This document shows, piece by piece, positions 7,720 through 15,692 of a stretch of 32,000 nt of DNA (position 1 is the stretch's first letter; each line of letters begins with the position of its first letter). A program made the position numbers and the translations under genes. The notes beneath the pieces were generated by a model. That model searched no databases, was not told the DNA's origin, and saw only the letters and a program-made list of their open reading frames with translations. Source of the DNA: an uncultured Ignavibacteriales bacterium (GTDB lineage: Bacteria; Bacteroidota; Ignavibacteria; Ignavibacteriales; Melioribacteraceae); the NCBI GenBank assembly GCA_942492055.1, contig CALODP010000004.1, positions 41,827 through 73,826 of the forward strand. The letters are read 5' to 3'.

Positions 7720-10083
7720 ATGAATAATAGAATTATGAAACTTCGCGAAGAGACTCTTTCCGTACAACCATCCATTTCTTTGGAAAGAGCTAAGCTTTTA
7801 ACTGATTTTTACAAAAGCGGTTTTCCGGAAAAGAATTCTGTTCCCGTTACCCGGGCTTCCGCTTTCAAATATATCCTTGAAAACAAACAACTCCATATTA
7901 GTGACGGAGAATTGATAGTAGGGGAAAGAGGCCCCGCTCCGCACGCTACACCTACTTATCCGGAAATATGTACTCATTCTCAAAATGATTTTGAAATCTT
8001 ACATACCAGAGATAAGATATCCTTTAGCGTTGACGATCTTTCACGAATAATTCAGGAAAAGGAAATAGCTCCTTTCTGGAAAGGACAATCTGTTAGAGAT
8101 AGAATTTTCGAAGAGGTAGATACCGAATGGAAAGAGGCCTATTCGGCCGGCATATTTACCGAATTTATGGAGCAAAGGGCTCCCGGCCATACCGTACTGG
8201 ATGATAAGATCTACAAAAAGGGGATGAAAGATTTTATCGATGATATCGATAAGGAAATAGCTAATCTCGATTTCTTTTCCGATTCCTCGGCTTTGGAGAA
8301 AAGAGAAGAACTAAAAGCAATGAAAATTGCGTGCGAAGCGATTATTTCTTTCGCTAAACGTTATTCCAATCTCTTGAAAGGAAATGCGGAAGCTGAAACC
8401 GATATTAAACGGAAAAAAGAATTATTAGCGATGGCTTCCGTTTGTGAGAATGTTCCGGAAAACAAACCTCGCTCATTTTGGGAAGCTCTGCAATATTATT
8501 GGTTTGTCCATCTCGGAATAATAACCGAATTGAATACATGGGATTCGTTTAATCCCGGACGCCTTGATAAAAACCTATATCCGTTTTATAAAGCCGATTT
8601 GGAAAAGGGAATTATATCTAAGGAAGAAGCTAAAGAATTATTGCAATCTTTCTGGATTAAATTCCATAATCAGCCTGCGCCACCGAAAGTGGGAGTTACG
8701 GCGCAGGAGAGTAATACTTATACCGATTTTTGTCTGATAAATGTCGGAGGAGTGAATGAAGATGGTTCCGATGCTACTAACGATCTTACTTATCTTATTC
8801 TAGATGTTATAGAAGAGATGAGATTGCTGCAACCAAGCTCAATGGTACAGGTAAGCAAAAAGAATCCCGATAAACTCCTTAAAAGAGCTTTGAAAATAAT
8901 AAAAACCGGATTCGGGCAACCTTCCGTATTTAATACCGACGCGATTATCCAAGAACTATTAAGACAAGGGAAATCTATCATTGATGCGCGAAACGGAGGG
9001 GCAAGCGGATGTGTGGAAACAGGAGCCTTTGGTAAAGAGAGTTATATCCTTACCGGTTATTTTAATCTTCCTAAAATTCTTGAAATTACCCTAAATAACG
9101 GAAAAGATCCGATGACTAAGAAAAAATTGGGGTTGTCAACGGGAGATCTATCCGAATTCGATTCTTACGGAAAATTATTATCCGCTTATGAAAAACAACT
9201 CAATCATTTTATCGATATAAAGATAAAAGGAAATCTTATTATCGAAAGGCTCTGGGCGAAATATCTTCCAGCTCCTTTTATGTCGGTATTGGTTGACGAT
9301 TGTATTATTTCCGGTAAAGATTATAATAACGGCGGGGCAAGATATAATTCCTCTTACATACAGGGAGTTGGAATAGGAACCCTTACCGATTCCCTTACGG
9401 CACTTAAATACCATGTTTATGATAAAAAGAATATTTCGTTAAATGATTTTGCTCTATTTATTCGTAGGAATTACGAGACCAGGCCTGAATTCCGGGAGAA
9501 ACTTCTGAATGAGACTCCCAAATATGGCAATGACGATGATTACGCCGATGAAAATCTTAATTTTATCTTTGAGTCTTTCTTCAAGGCTGTAGATGGGCGT
9601 AAAAATACTAAAGGTGGAAATTTCAGAATAAATTTGTTACCTACTACTTGTCATGTATATTTCGGTAGTGTAATCGGAGCTACGCCCGACGGACGTCTCG
9701 CTCGGAAACCACTTTCCGAAGGAATCTCTCCGGTTCAAGGTGCAGATCGTAATGGTCCTACAGCTGTGATAAAATCCGCAGCAAAAATAGATCATCTCAG
9801 AACCGGCGGTACATTGCTTAATCAAAAGTTTACACCCGATTTTCTGGAAGATGAAACCGGTATTACGAAGCTGCTTCATCTTATTAGAGCTTATTTCCGA
9901 ATGGACGGGCACCATATTCAATTTAATGTAGTCTCGGCAGATACTTTAAGAAAGGCTCAGGAAAATCCGGAAGAATATAAAGACCTTATTGTAAGAGTGG
10001 CCGGTTATAGCGATTATTTCGTTAATCTTGGCCCCGATTTACAAGAGGAAATCATAAAACGAACTGCGCAAACCGTACTCTAA
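7720..10083 (+). CDS. glycyl radical enzyme, PFL2/eliminase clade; HypD-like (putative trans-4-hydroxy-L-proline dehydratase)
   Basis: I prefer the ATG at 7720 (GGAGG SD 5 nt upstream, 1 nt after the activase stop) over the track start at 7684, giving 787 aa. C-terminal glycyl-radical motif LIVRVAGYSDYF. Thiyl-Cys loop GGASGCVETGAFGKE (Cys-x-Glu of dehydrating GREs). ATPDGR motif. From memory, FTEFMEQRAPGHTV, WDSFNPGRLD and GCVETG resemble HypD rather than glycerol dehydratase or CutC (GCVEP). Confidence 0.8.
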   Translation: MNNRIMKLREETLSVQPSISLERAKLLTDFYKSGFPEKNSVPVTRASAFKYILENKQLHISDGELIVGERGPAPHATPTYPEICTHSQNDFEILHTRDKISFSVDDLSRIIQEKEIAPFWKGQSVRDRIFEEVDTEWKEAYSAGIFTEFMEQRAPGHTVLDDKIYKKGMKDFIDDIDKEIANLDFFSDSSALEKREELKAMKIACEAIISFAKRYSNLLKGNAEAETDIKRKKELLAMASVCENVPENKPRSFWEALQYYWFVHLGIITELNTWDSFNPGRLDKNLYPFYKADLEKGIISKEEAKELLQSFWIKFHNQPAPPKVGVTAQESNTYTDFCLINVGGVNEDGSDATNDLTYLILDVIEEMRLLQPSSMVQVSKKNPDKLLKRALKIIKTGFGQPSVFNTDAIIQELLRQGKSIIDARNGGASGCVETGAFGKESYILTGYFNLPKILEITLNNGKDPMTKKKLGLSTGDLSEFDSYGKLLSAYEKQLNHFIDIKIKGNLIIERLWAKYLPAPFMSVLVDDCIISGKDYNNGGARYNSSYIQGVGIGTLTDSLTALKYHVYDKKNISLNDFALFIRRNYETRPEFREKLLNETPKYGNDDDYADENLNFIFESFFKAVDGRKNTKGGNFRINLLPTTCHVYFGSVIGATPDGRLARKPLSEGISPVQGADRNGPTAVIKSAAKIDHLRTGGTLLNQKFTPDFLEDETGITKLLHLIRAYFRMDGHHIQFNVVSADTLRKAQENPEEYKDLIVRVAGYSDYFVNLGPDLQEEIIKRTAQTVL

Positions 10084-10105
10084 ATTCTATGGGGGAATTT
10101 ATATT

Positions 10106-11422
10106 ATGAAAATAAGAATAATGATCTCAAATCTGTGTCTCTTGTTATTGAGCCTTTCATTATTCGCTCAGGATAATGGGAATATTAAATCCGATCTCGA
10201 ACAATTTCTAGATGAAATACCGAATATCCGTTATGAAAAAATCGAGCATAGCTCATTATTTGATGTGGCATATGAGATTTACGTAAAACAACCTCTCGAT
10301 CATAATAATCCGGATGGAAAGTATTTCGAACAACAAATATTTCTGCAACATTCCGGTAAAGATCTTCCTATGGTTGTAAGTCTCGAAGGTTACGACAGAG
10401 AGAATCATTGGTTGGAATTATCCAAAGTACTCAAAGGAAATCAAATTATTATTGAGCATCGCTATTTCGGTGAGTCAGTTCCCGATTCACTCGATTGGAA
10501 ATATCTTACAATCAAACAATCTGCCGATGATCATCATAGTATCATTTCTCTCTTTAAAAAATTCTATACCGGTAAATGGATTTCCACCGGAATTAGCAAA
10601 GGGGGACAAACAACTATCTTTCATAAATACTTTTATCCCGAAGACGTTGACGTAGCCGTTCCATATGTTGCTCCGTTGAATTTCTCAGCTACCGAACCGA
10701 GAATTCATAAATTCCTGAATGAAGTCGGTTCCGAAGAATGCAGAAATAAGATTCTCGAAATGCAAAAGACATTACTGAAAAGAAAAGGAGAAATTCTTCC
10801 TCTGTTCGAACATTATGCGGATACAAGCGAAACAAAGTATTCAATAGGGTTGGAGAAAGCTTACGAATATCTTGTATTGGAATATAGCTTCGCTTATTGG
10901 CAATGGAATACAAAATCATGCGATAGTATCCCCGCGTTTGATTCCGACCCGAAAGTACTTTTCGAGCATCTCGATAATGTTAGCGGACTCGATTATCTCT
11001 CCGATGATGATATGGAAAAATATAAACCCTTCTTTTATCAGGCATATACCGAAATCGGATTCTATGATTACGATATTACTCCTTTCGAAGGATTATTAAA
11101 ATACGCGGACGGATCTAACTCTGTCTTTTGGCAAGGAAAATTCGATTTTAACTTCAATACCGAATTGATGGAAGATATCAATCAATGGGTTACAACAAAA
11201 GGGAATAATTTTATCTATATATATGGTGGAAACGATCCTTGGCAAGCTCCCGGAGTTGTGCTAAACGGAAAAACAAATTCATTGAAAATGGTCTTGGAAA
11301 ACGGCTCGCATGCCACAAGAATTCGCCATTTCTCAAATGAAGATAAAGAGAAAATCTTTTCGGCTCTTGAAACCTGGCTCGATGTAAAAATAGAGAGAGA
11401 TTGCCTGGATAAAAAGAAATAA
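10106..11422 (+). CDS. secreted alpha/beta-hydrolase serine peptidase, S28/S37-like
   Basis: 438-aa ORF 22 nt after the GRE stop, with GGGGGA SD. Signal peptide MKIRIMISNLCLLLLSLSLFAQ. IEHRYFGES matches the EHRYYG(E/K)S signature I recall for S28 Pro-X carboxypeptidase/DPP7. Nucleophile elbow GISKGG (GxSxGG). Confidence 0.6.
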   Translation: MKIRIMISNLCLLLLSLSLFAQDNGNIKSDLEQFLDEIPNIRYEKIEHSSLFDVAYEIYVKQPLDHNNPDGKYFEQQIFLQHSGKDLPMVVSLEGYDRENHWLELSKVLKGNQIIIEHRYFGESVPDSLDWKYLTIKQSADDHHSIISLFKKFYTGKWISTGISKGGQTTIFHKYFYPEDVDVAVPYVAPLNFSATEPRIHKFLNEVGSEECRNKILEMQKTLLKRKGEILPLFEHYADTSETKYSIGLEKAYEYLVLEYSFAYWQWNTKSCDSIPAFDSDPKVLFEHLDNVSGLDYLSDDDMEKYKPFFYQAYTEIGFYDYDITPFEGLLKYADGSNSVFWQGKFDFNFNTELMEDINQWVTTKGNNFIYIYGGNDPWQAPGVVLNGKTNSLKMVLENGSHATRIRHFSNEDKEKIFSALETWLDVKIERDCLDKKK

Positions 11423-11437
11423 ATGTCAGAATTTGTT

Positions 11438-11489
11438 TTCTATGGCTATTATTTATAAATCTGAAACATGTTGAATAATAGCCATAGAA
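11438..11489 (+). terminator. perfect 16-bp inverted repeat just downstream of the peptidase gene (possible terminator hairpin)
   Basis: TTCTATGGCTATTATT (11438-11453) and AATAATAGCCATAGAA (11474-11489) are exact reverse complements with a 20-nt loop. It starts 16 nt after the stop codon. There is no clear T-run afterwards. Confidence 0.35.
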
Positions 11490-11594
11490 CCTTTGAAATA
11501 AAGAGAAAAAAAACTATCATAATAATTCTCTATAGGTCTTTAGATAAAAATAAATAGCTAAAATAACAACATTTCTCTTAAGATATAATATCCC

Positions 11595-11608
11595 GCACCT
11601 ACAGCGCA
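11595..11608 (+). repeat. GC-rich mini-hairpin repeat, family B (GCACCTACAGCGCA)
   Basis: 14-mer differing at one position from the copy at 11647-11660. It is a GC island in AT-rich intergenic DNA. Confidence 0.5.
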
Positions 11609-11646
11609 GTATAAATATTATAATAGCGATAATCTACCGAGATAAT

Positions 11647-11660
11647 GCACCTACGGCGCA
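11647..11660 (+). repeat. GC-rich mini-hairpin repeat, family B (GCACCTACGGCGCA)
   Basis: Extended by one base (TGCACCTACGGCGCA, 11646-11660), it folds as TGC-A-CC / GG-C-GCA around a TAC loop. Related copies lie at 11595 and 25644. Confidence 0.5.
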
Positions 11661-11762
11661 TTAATAATTTTTACTAGATATTTTCTTAGTAAATCTCTAA
11701 CGTAACAATTCATATTGCAAAATCCATTTCACGAAAGTCTGTTGCCATCGGTTTTGGTCACT

Positions 11763-11776
11763 GAGCGTAGTCGAAG
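11763..11776 (+). repeat. GC-rich dispersed repeat, family A (GAGCGTAGTCGAAG)
   Basis: Matches the consensus GAGCGNAGTCGARG shared with 11991, 12042 (reverse strand) and 13193. Confidence 0.55.
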
Positions 11777-11990
11777 TTGGGTATCTCGGTAGGTAATGTA
11801 TTTTAAAGTTGATGATATATCATTTCTTTTCTCTACCTATCCATACATAAACACAAGTGAATTAGATTAACAAAATCCCTCATAAAAGTACTCATGTAAA
11901 ACTAGGAACAAAAATACAATAGTGAAGAGTGCTTTAATCAGTCTTATTCAGTTAAAAGCATGCTTACTGTCCATGATTCGGCTTTGACGG

Positions 11991-12004
11991 GAGCGGAGTC
12001 GAAG
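11991..12004 (+). repeat. GC-rich dispersed repeat, family A (GAGCGGAGTCGAAG)
   Basis: Same core as the other family A copies. It forms an imperfect inverted pair with the copy at 12039-12059, with roughly 35-40 nt between the paired cores. Confidence 0.55.
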
Positions 12005-12038
12005 TAAGCTTACTATTAAGTAGAATCCCTTTATTTTT

Positions 12039-12059
12039 CCCCTCGACTTCGCTCGGGGG
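12039..12059 (-). repeat. GC-rich dispersed repeat, family A, long form (reverse strand reads CCCCCGAGCGAAGTCGAGGGG)
   Basis: The + strand reads CCCCTCGACTTCGCTCGGGGG. Its reverse complement matches 13189-13208 at 19 of 20 positions. Confidence 0.7.
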
Positions 12060-12377
12060 ACAGGCTATTTTGATCGTATCGCAACTAAAAAGTTACAACC
12101 TAGTGCTAAGTTGACAGCATTGCAAGAGAATGGGGGTAGGGGGATGAGTATGGAATATAATATTATCTATTCAAAGAGTGAAATATTATACCTCCTGATC
12201 TATTTTGATTATGATATATCCTCCGTATCATATGTATATAATATGTCACATCCATTTTCCTTTAGTAAAATAAAATGATTGAGTATTTCCTCCTAAAACA
12301 TTAACTTCAAACGCGCTAATTGAGTTACTTGATTAGCCACTCATCGGAAATTTATTTAATCAATCTTAGGAGGTAAG

Positions 12378-13655
12378 ATGAAAAAAGTTTTGCTTCTGCT
12401 ATTTTTTGCGCAAACTTTTCTATTTGCAGCTACGTCGATGTATTTTCGCGGCGAATTTAACGGTTGGGGTACAACCGCAATGACAAAAAGATCTCTGGGA
12501 ACCCCCTCATTTCTCGTAACTATCCAGGAAAACACTACAGGTCTTAGAAATTTCAAATTCGATTTGAACGGTGATTGGGGAAATAATTGGGGGGTCAATG
12601 AAACAATATCTTTTGGATCTGTGAGAACGATTTATTTAAATCATCCAAATGACGTAAAGTATAATTCGGTCTCCGGCAAATATTACACTTTTATTATGAA
12701 GGATTGTGGAGAAACGGAAAATAGTGAAACTGTGGTTTTCGAAACTACTAATTCTCCCGTAACAATCTCTTCAGTTAACTCTACTCTTGATGGAAGCGGC
12801 GCGACTGTTGAAGTTGAGATATCCGCGGCCAAATCTCCCGAAGAGAGAGTTTATATTCGTTATACCAAAGACGGATGGACAACTTCCACATTTGTGGAAA
12901 TTACAAACTTCGGCGCTGGTACAATCGGTACGGGACTTATCCCTATTGAGGATCTGACCGGTGATGATGAAAATAATACTTATTATGTTCTTACTACAGC
13001 TACAAATAGTATTAACCATTCCAATGCCGATATGCTTACGATAGACTATTCTAATAATAGCGGAACCAATTTTACTCTTCCGGTTGAATTATCAGCTCTC
13101 ACAGCCAAATCTGTCGAAGCCGGAATACTTCTTAATTGGAAAACAGCTACCGAAAAAAATAATTACGGATTTGAAATCGAAAGATTTACCCCGAGCGGAG
13201 TCGAGGGGCAATTATCTGCATGGAAAACTATCGGATTCGTAGAAGGGAATGGTAATAGTAACGCAGAGATATCTTATTCCTATATTGACAAAAATCCATC
13301 CGTAGGAAAGAATATTTATCGTCTGAAACAAATAGATTTCGACGGGAAATATGAATATTCAAAGGAAATTGAAGTTTTGAATAATATCTCTTCGGAATTC
13401 TCTTTGAAACAAAATTACCCGAATCCTTTTAATCCTACGACAAAGATTAATTTCTCGATAGGTCAAAAGTCTCAGGTAACTCTAAAGATATATAATATGC
13501 TTGGAGAAGAGATTACTACATTGGTAAATAGAAATCTTGAGGCCGGAAATCATTTCGTAAGCTTTAACGCCTCAAATCTTCCGAGTGGAACATATATCTG
13601 CTTAATGAAAGCCGGAAACTATACGGAATCTCGAAAACTGTTATTAATAAAATAA
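12378..13655 (+). CDS. secreted T9SS cargo protein with CBM-like N-terminal domain and C-terminal Por/T9SS sorting domain
   Basis: 425-aa ORF with strong AGGAGG SD. Signal peptide MKKVLLLLFFAQTFLFA. Aromatic-rich N-domain (FRGEFNGWG ... GDWGNNWG). The C-terminus KQNYPNPFNPTTKINFSI ... GTYICLMKAGNYTESRKLLLIK is a typical T9SS C-terminal domain. Confidence 0.8.
   Translation: MKKVLLLLFFAQTFLFAATSMYFRGEFNGWGTTAMTKRSLGTPSFLVTIQENTTGLRNFKFDLNGDWGNNWGVNETISFGSVRTIYLNHPNDVKYNSVSGKYYTFIMKDCGETENSETVVFETTNSPVTISSVNSTLDGSGATVEVEISAAKSPEERVYIRYTKDGWTTSTFVEITNFGAGTIGTGLIPIEDLTGDDENNTYYVLTTATNSINHSNADMLTIDYSNNSGTNFTLPVELSALTAKSVEAGILLNWKTATEKNNYGFEIERFTPSGVEGQLSAWKTIGFVEGNGNSNAEISYSYIDKNPSVGKNIYRLKQIDFDGKYEYSKEIEVLNNISSEFSLKQNYPNPFNPTTKINFSIGQKSQVTLKIYNMLGEEITTLVNRNLEAGNHFVSFNASNLPSGTYICLMKAGNYTESRKLLLIK
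13189..13208 (+). repeat. family A GC-rich repeat embedded in frame in the T9SS cargo CDS (CCCCGAGCGGAGTCGAGGGG)
   Basis: The 20-mer encodes part of TPSGVEGQ. It is a conspicuous GC island in an AT-rich gene and a 19/20 match, inverted, to 12039-12059. Confidence 0.7.
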
Positions 13656-13668
13656 AACCTTTCTAATG

Positions 13669-13709
13669 ATCACTGATCTTTTGTGAGAGAATTCTCCGGG
13701 ATCAGTGAT
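13669..13709 (+). terminator. hairpin downstream of the T9SS cargo gene (possible terminator)
   Basis: ATCACTGATC (13669-13678) and GATCAGTGAT (13700-13709) are exact reverse complements. The flanks extend the stem with a bulge. The loop contains the 10-bp palindrome GAGAATTCTC (13687-13696). No T-run follows. Confidence 0.35.
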
Positions 13710-13844
13710 TATCATTAATCAACTCCATAAAAAAGCAACTGAAAATATTATTTGTGATATAATATTTATATGTATAATTTTGCTACTTGCAAAAAGCATT
13801 ATCAATAATCATACTAGTATTGTTAATCTCAAAAAACGGTAATT

Positions 13845-15692
13845 ATGAAAAAAATTATTCCTTTACTCCTAATTATTGCCGGATTTATCTCCTGCGATTA
13901 TGCTCCCACAGAAACTAATTTTCATGATATCAAAAGACATAAAAAAATGGATGAAGCTGTAATTTCCATTCATGATACTGTTCGATTATCTCAAATGAGA
14001 GGAATAGTTGATATAATCCTCGATGGAGATTTGGAAGGGGAAAGAATATTAAGAGTTTCCGGAGAAGCCGGGGGAATTAAAGATTATTTGCGACATACCG
14101 GCAATAAAATCACCATAGATTCCGAAGAGTTTCCGGACGGGGTTTTTGATTTTCAAATTGAAATAGAATTCAAAACATTTACCGGAAGTCTTGCTGATAG
14201 GAATAATAGGGAGTATTATAAGAAATCGTTTAACTGGAAAACCGAAATATATAATGGAGAATTTTCTATTCCTAAGATTTATTCTCATAGCTTTTGTAGT
14301 GATGGTATAAAATTAGTTTGGAATAAATATGTAGGAAAATTATTTCAGAAATATCTTATTAAGAATCCTGAGACCGGGGAAGTTTATTATGAAATAAATA
14401 ATATTGATCAGACCTCTGTTGTTGATTCTCTATATGGTGGAGAAAAAATTAATTATATAGTTGAGACATGGGTTGCCAATAAAAAATATGAAACTTCTGA
14501 TTATTATGTAGATAAAAATTGGGGAGTCTATTTTTCTTGTACGGTAGATGAATATAATAATGTTCATATTAATTGGAGAAAGCCTAAATTCCATAAAGGA
14601 ATAAAAAATTATAAAATTCTACGCTATAAGAATATTTATTATAATGAAATAGATGATACTATATTTACTTCCTCCTCTGTATATGATACTTCCTTTGTTG
14701 ATAAGGGGTTTTCCGATGCTCCGAATTCAAAACTCTTAGGAAAAAAATATCAATATAAATTTATTGTAAATACAAAACATAATCATCAATTTTTAGCCGA
14801 AGAGTTTCGGAGTAACGATAATAGAATATCTTTTAAAAATCAGGAATTAGGTCGCCTATTCTACTCAAAGAATAATGATTCTTTTTATTATATCGGTTCT
14901 AAGTACCTGACATTATTAGATGCGAAGACTTTTTCCGTGAAAAATCAAATTACATTTTCCAATAATTCTTCCGATAAATATCTCATTATTAGTCCCAATG
15001 GTAAACATATTTATGTAAATGACAGGTATAATGGTGGTTTGATAAAAATAGACCCCAATACTCTGCAAACAATAAAATATGTTCGTTTTGGACGTTATGA
15101 CGGAAAAGGGGACAAAAATTATTTTATGGGAAAAGTTACAAATGATGATATTCTTTATTTCTCTTTTACCGGAGAGAATAATAATGAAATAGTTCGTGTT
15201 GATCTGAAGAATGATAAATGGTGGAATATTGAATATATTCCTCAAAAACAAGCCTCTTTTGATATTAATTCAGATGGCAGCATGATTGTTTTTAATAATA
15301 ATCTATTCACTTTTGCCGATGGTAAATTTGAACTTATCAATGACATATTTCCCCGGAATTCTATCTTCATTAATAATTATCTCTATGGAATAGATGATGG
15401 TTATCTGCGTAAATATGATCCAGTAAATTGCACTTCTTTATCACAAGTAAAAGTCACGGATTCCGATACAAAAGCTCAGTTATATTTTGATAATAGAGGG
15501 AATAATATCTCAATCTTGTTATATAATGGTTATTACTCAATTTATAATCCGGATAATTTTGCTTTACGTAAACGGTTCTCAGTGCATATTGATGATTGGG
15601 AATTTTTATTTGAGTTCCCCAGAATTACAGATTTATTCGTTTATGACGATATTATATCCTACAAAGATAAAATCTATAGAATGGAGTATTAA
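13845..15692 (+). CDS. predicted lipoprotein of unknown function (Ig/Fn3-like middle, beta-propeller-like C-terminal half)
   Basis: 615-aa ORF. Signal peptide plus lipobox-like LLIIAGFISC. Repeated beta-rich segments (e.g. IKLVWNKY..., VHINWRKPKF...). The C-terminal half has repeat patterns such as YLIISPNGKHIYVNDRYNGGLIKIDPNT. No catalytic motif recognised. Confidence 0.65.
   Translation: MKKIIPLLLIIAGFISCDYAPTETNFHDIKRHKKMDEAVISIHDTVRLSQMRGIVDIILDGDLEGERILRVSGEAGGIKDYLRHTGNKITIDSEEFPDGVFDFQIEIEFKTFTGSLADRNNREYYKKSFNWKTEIYNGEFSIPKIYSHSFCSDGIKLVWNKYVGKLFQKYLIKNPETGEVYYEINNIDQTSVVDSLYGGEKINYIVETWVANKKYETSDYYVDKNWGVYFSCTVDEYNNVHINWRKPKFHKGIKNYKILRYKNIYYNEIDDTIFTSSSVYDTSFVDKGFSDAPNSKLLGKKYQYKFIVNTKHNHQFLAEEFRSNDNRISFKNQELGRLFYSKNNDSFYYIGSKYLTLLDAKTFSVKNQITFSNNSSDKYLIISPNGKHIYVNDRYNGGLIKIDPNTLQTIKYVRFGRYDGKGDKNYFMGKVTNDDILYFSFTGENNNEIVRVDLKNDKWWNIEYIPQKQASFDINSDGSMIVFNNNLFTFADGKFELINDIFPRNSIFINNYLYGIDDGYLRKYDPVNCTSLSQVKVTDSDTKAQLYFDNRGNNISILLYNGYYSIYNPDNFALRKRFSVHIDDWEFLFEFPRITDLFVYDDIISYKDKIYRMEY

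Noticed and set aside
11634-11792. 10-bp inverted repeat CTACCGAGAT / ATCTCGGTAG (11634-11643 / 11783-11792) that could delimit a ~160-bp element containing the GC-rich units.
   Set aside because: A single 10-bp inverted match within a 1-kb region is about what chance predicts (order of one expected). There are no flanking direct repeats.
12144-12278. Small ORF (42-44 aa, MSMEYNIIYSKSEILYLLIYFDYDISSVSYVYNMSHPFSFSKIK) preceded by the G-rich run TAGGGGG.
   Set aside because: The SD-like run is attractive, but the peptide is low-complexity, as expected from AT-rich sequence, and I have no conservation evidence. I left it as a possible leader peptide worth checking only if ribosome-profiling data exist.
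12039-13208. Diversity-generating retroelement (template/variable repeat) explanation for the 20-nt repeat pair.
   Set aside because: The repeats are only 20 nt and are inverted rather than direct. They differ by a G/A at one position, not by adenine-specific scatter. No reverse transcriptase gene is in the window.
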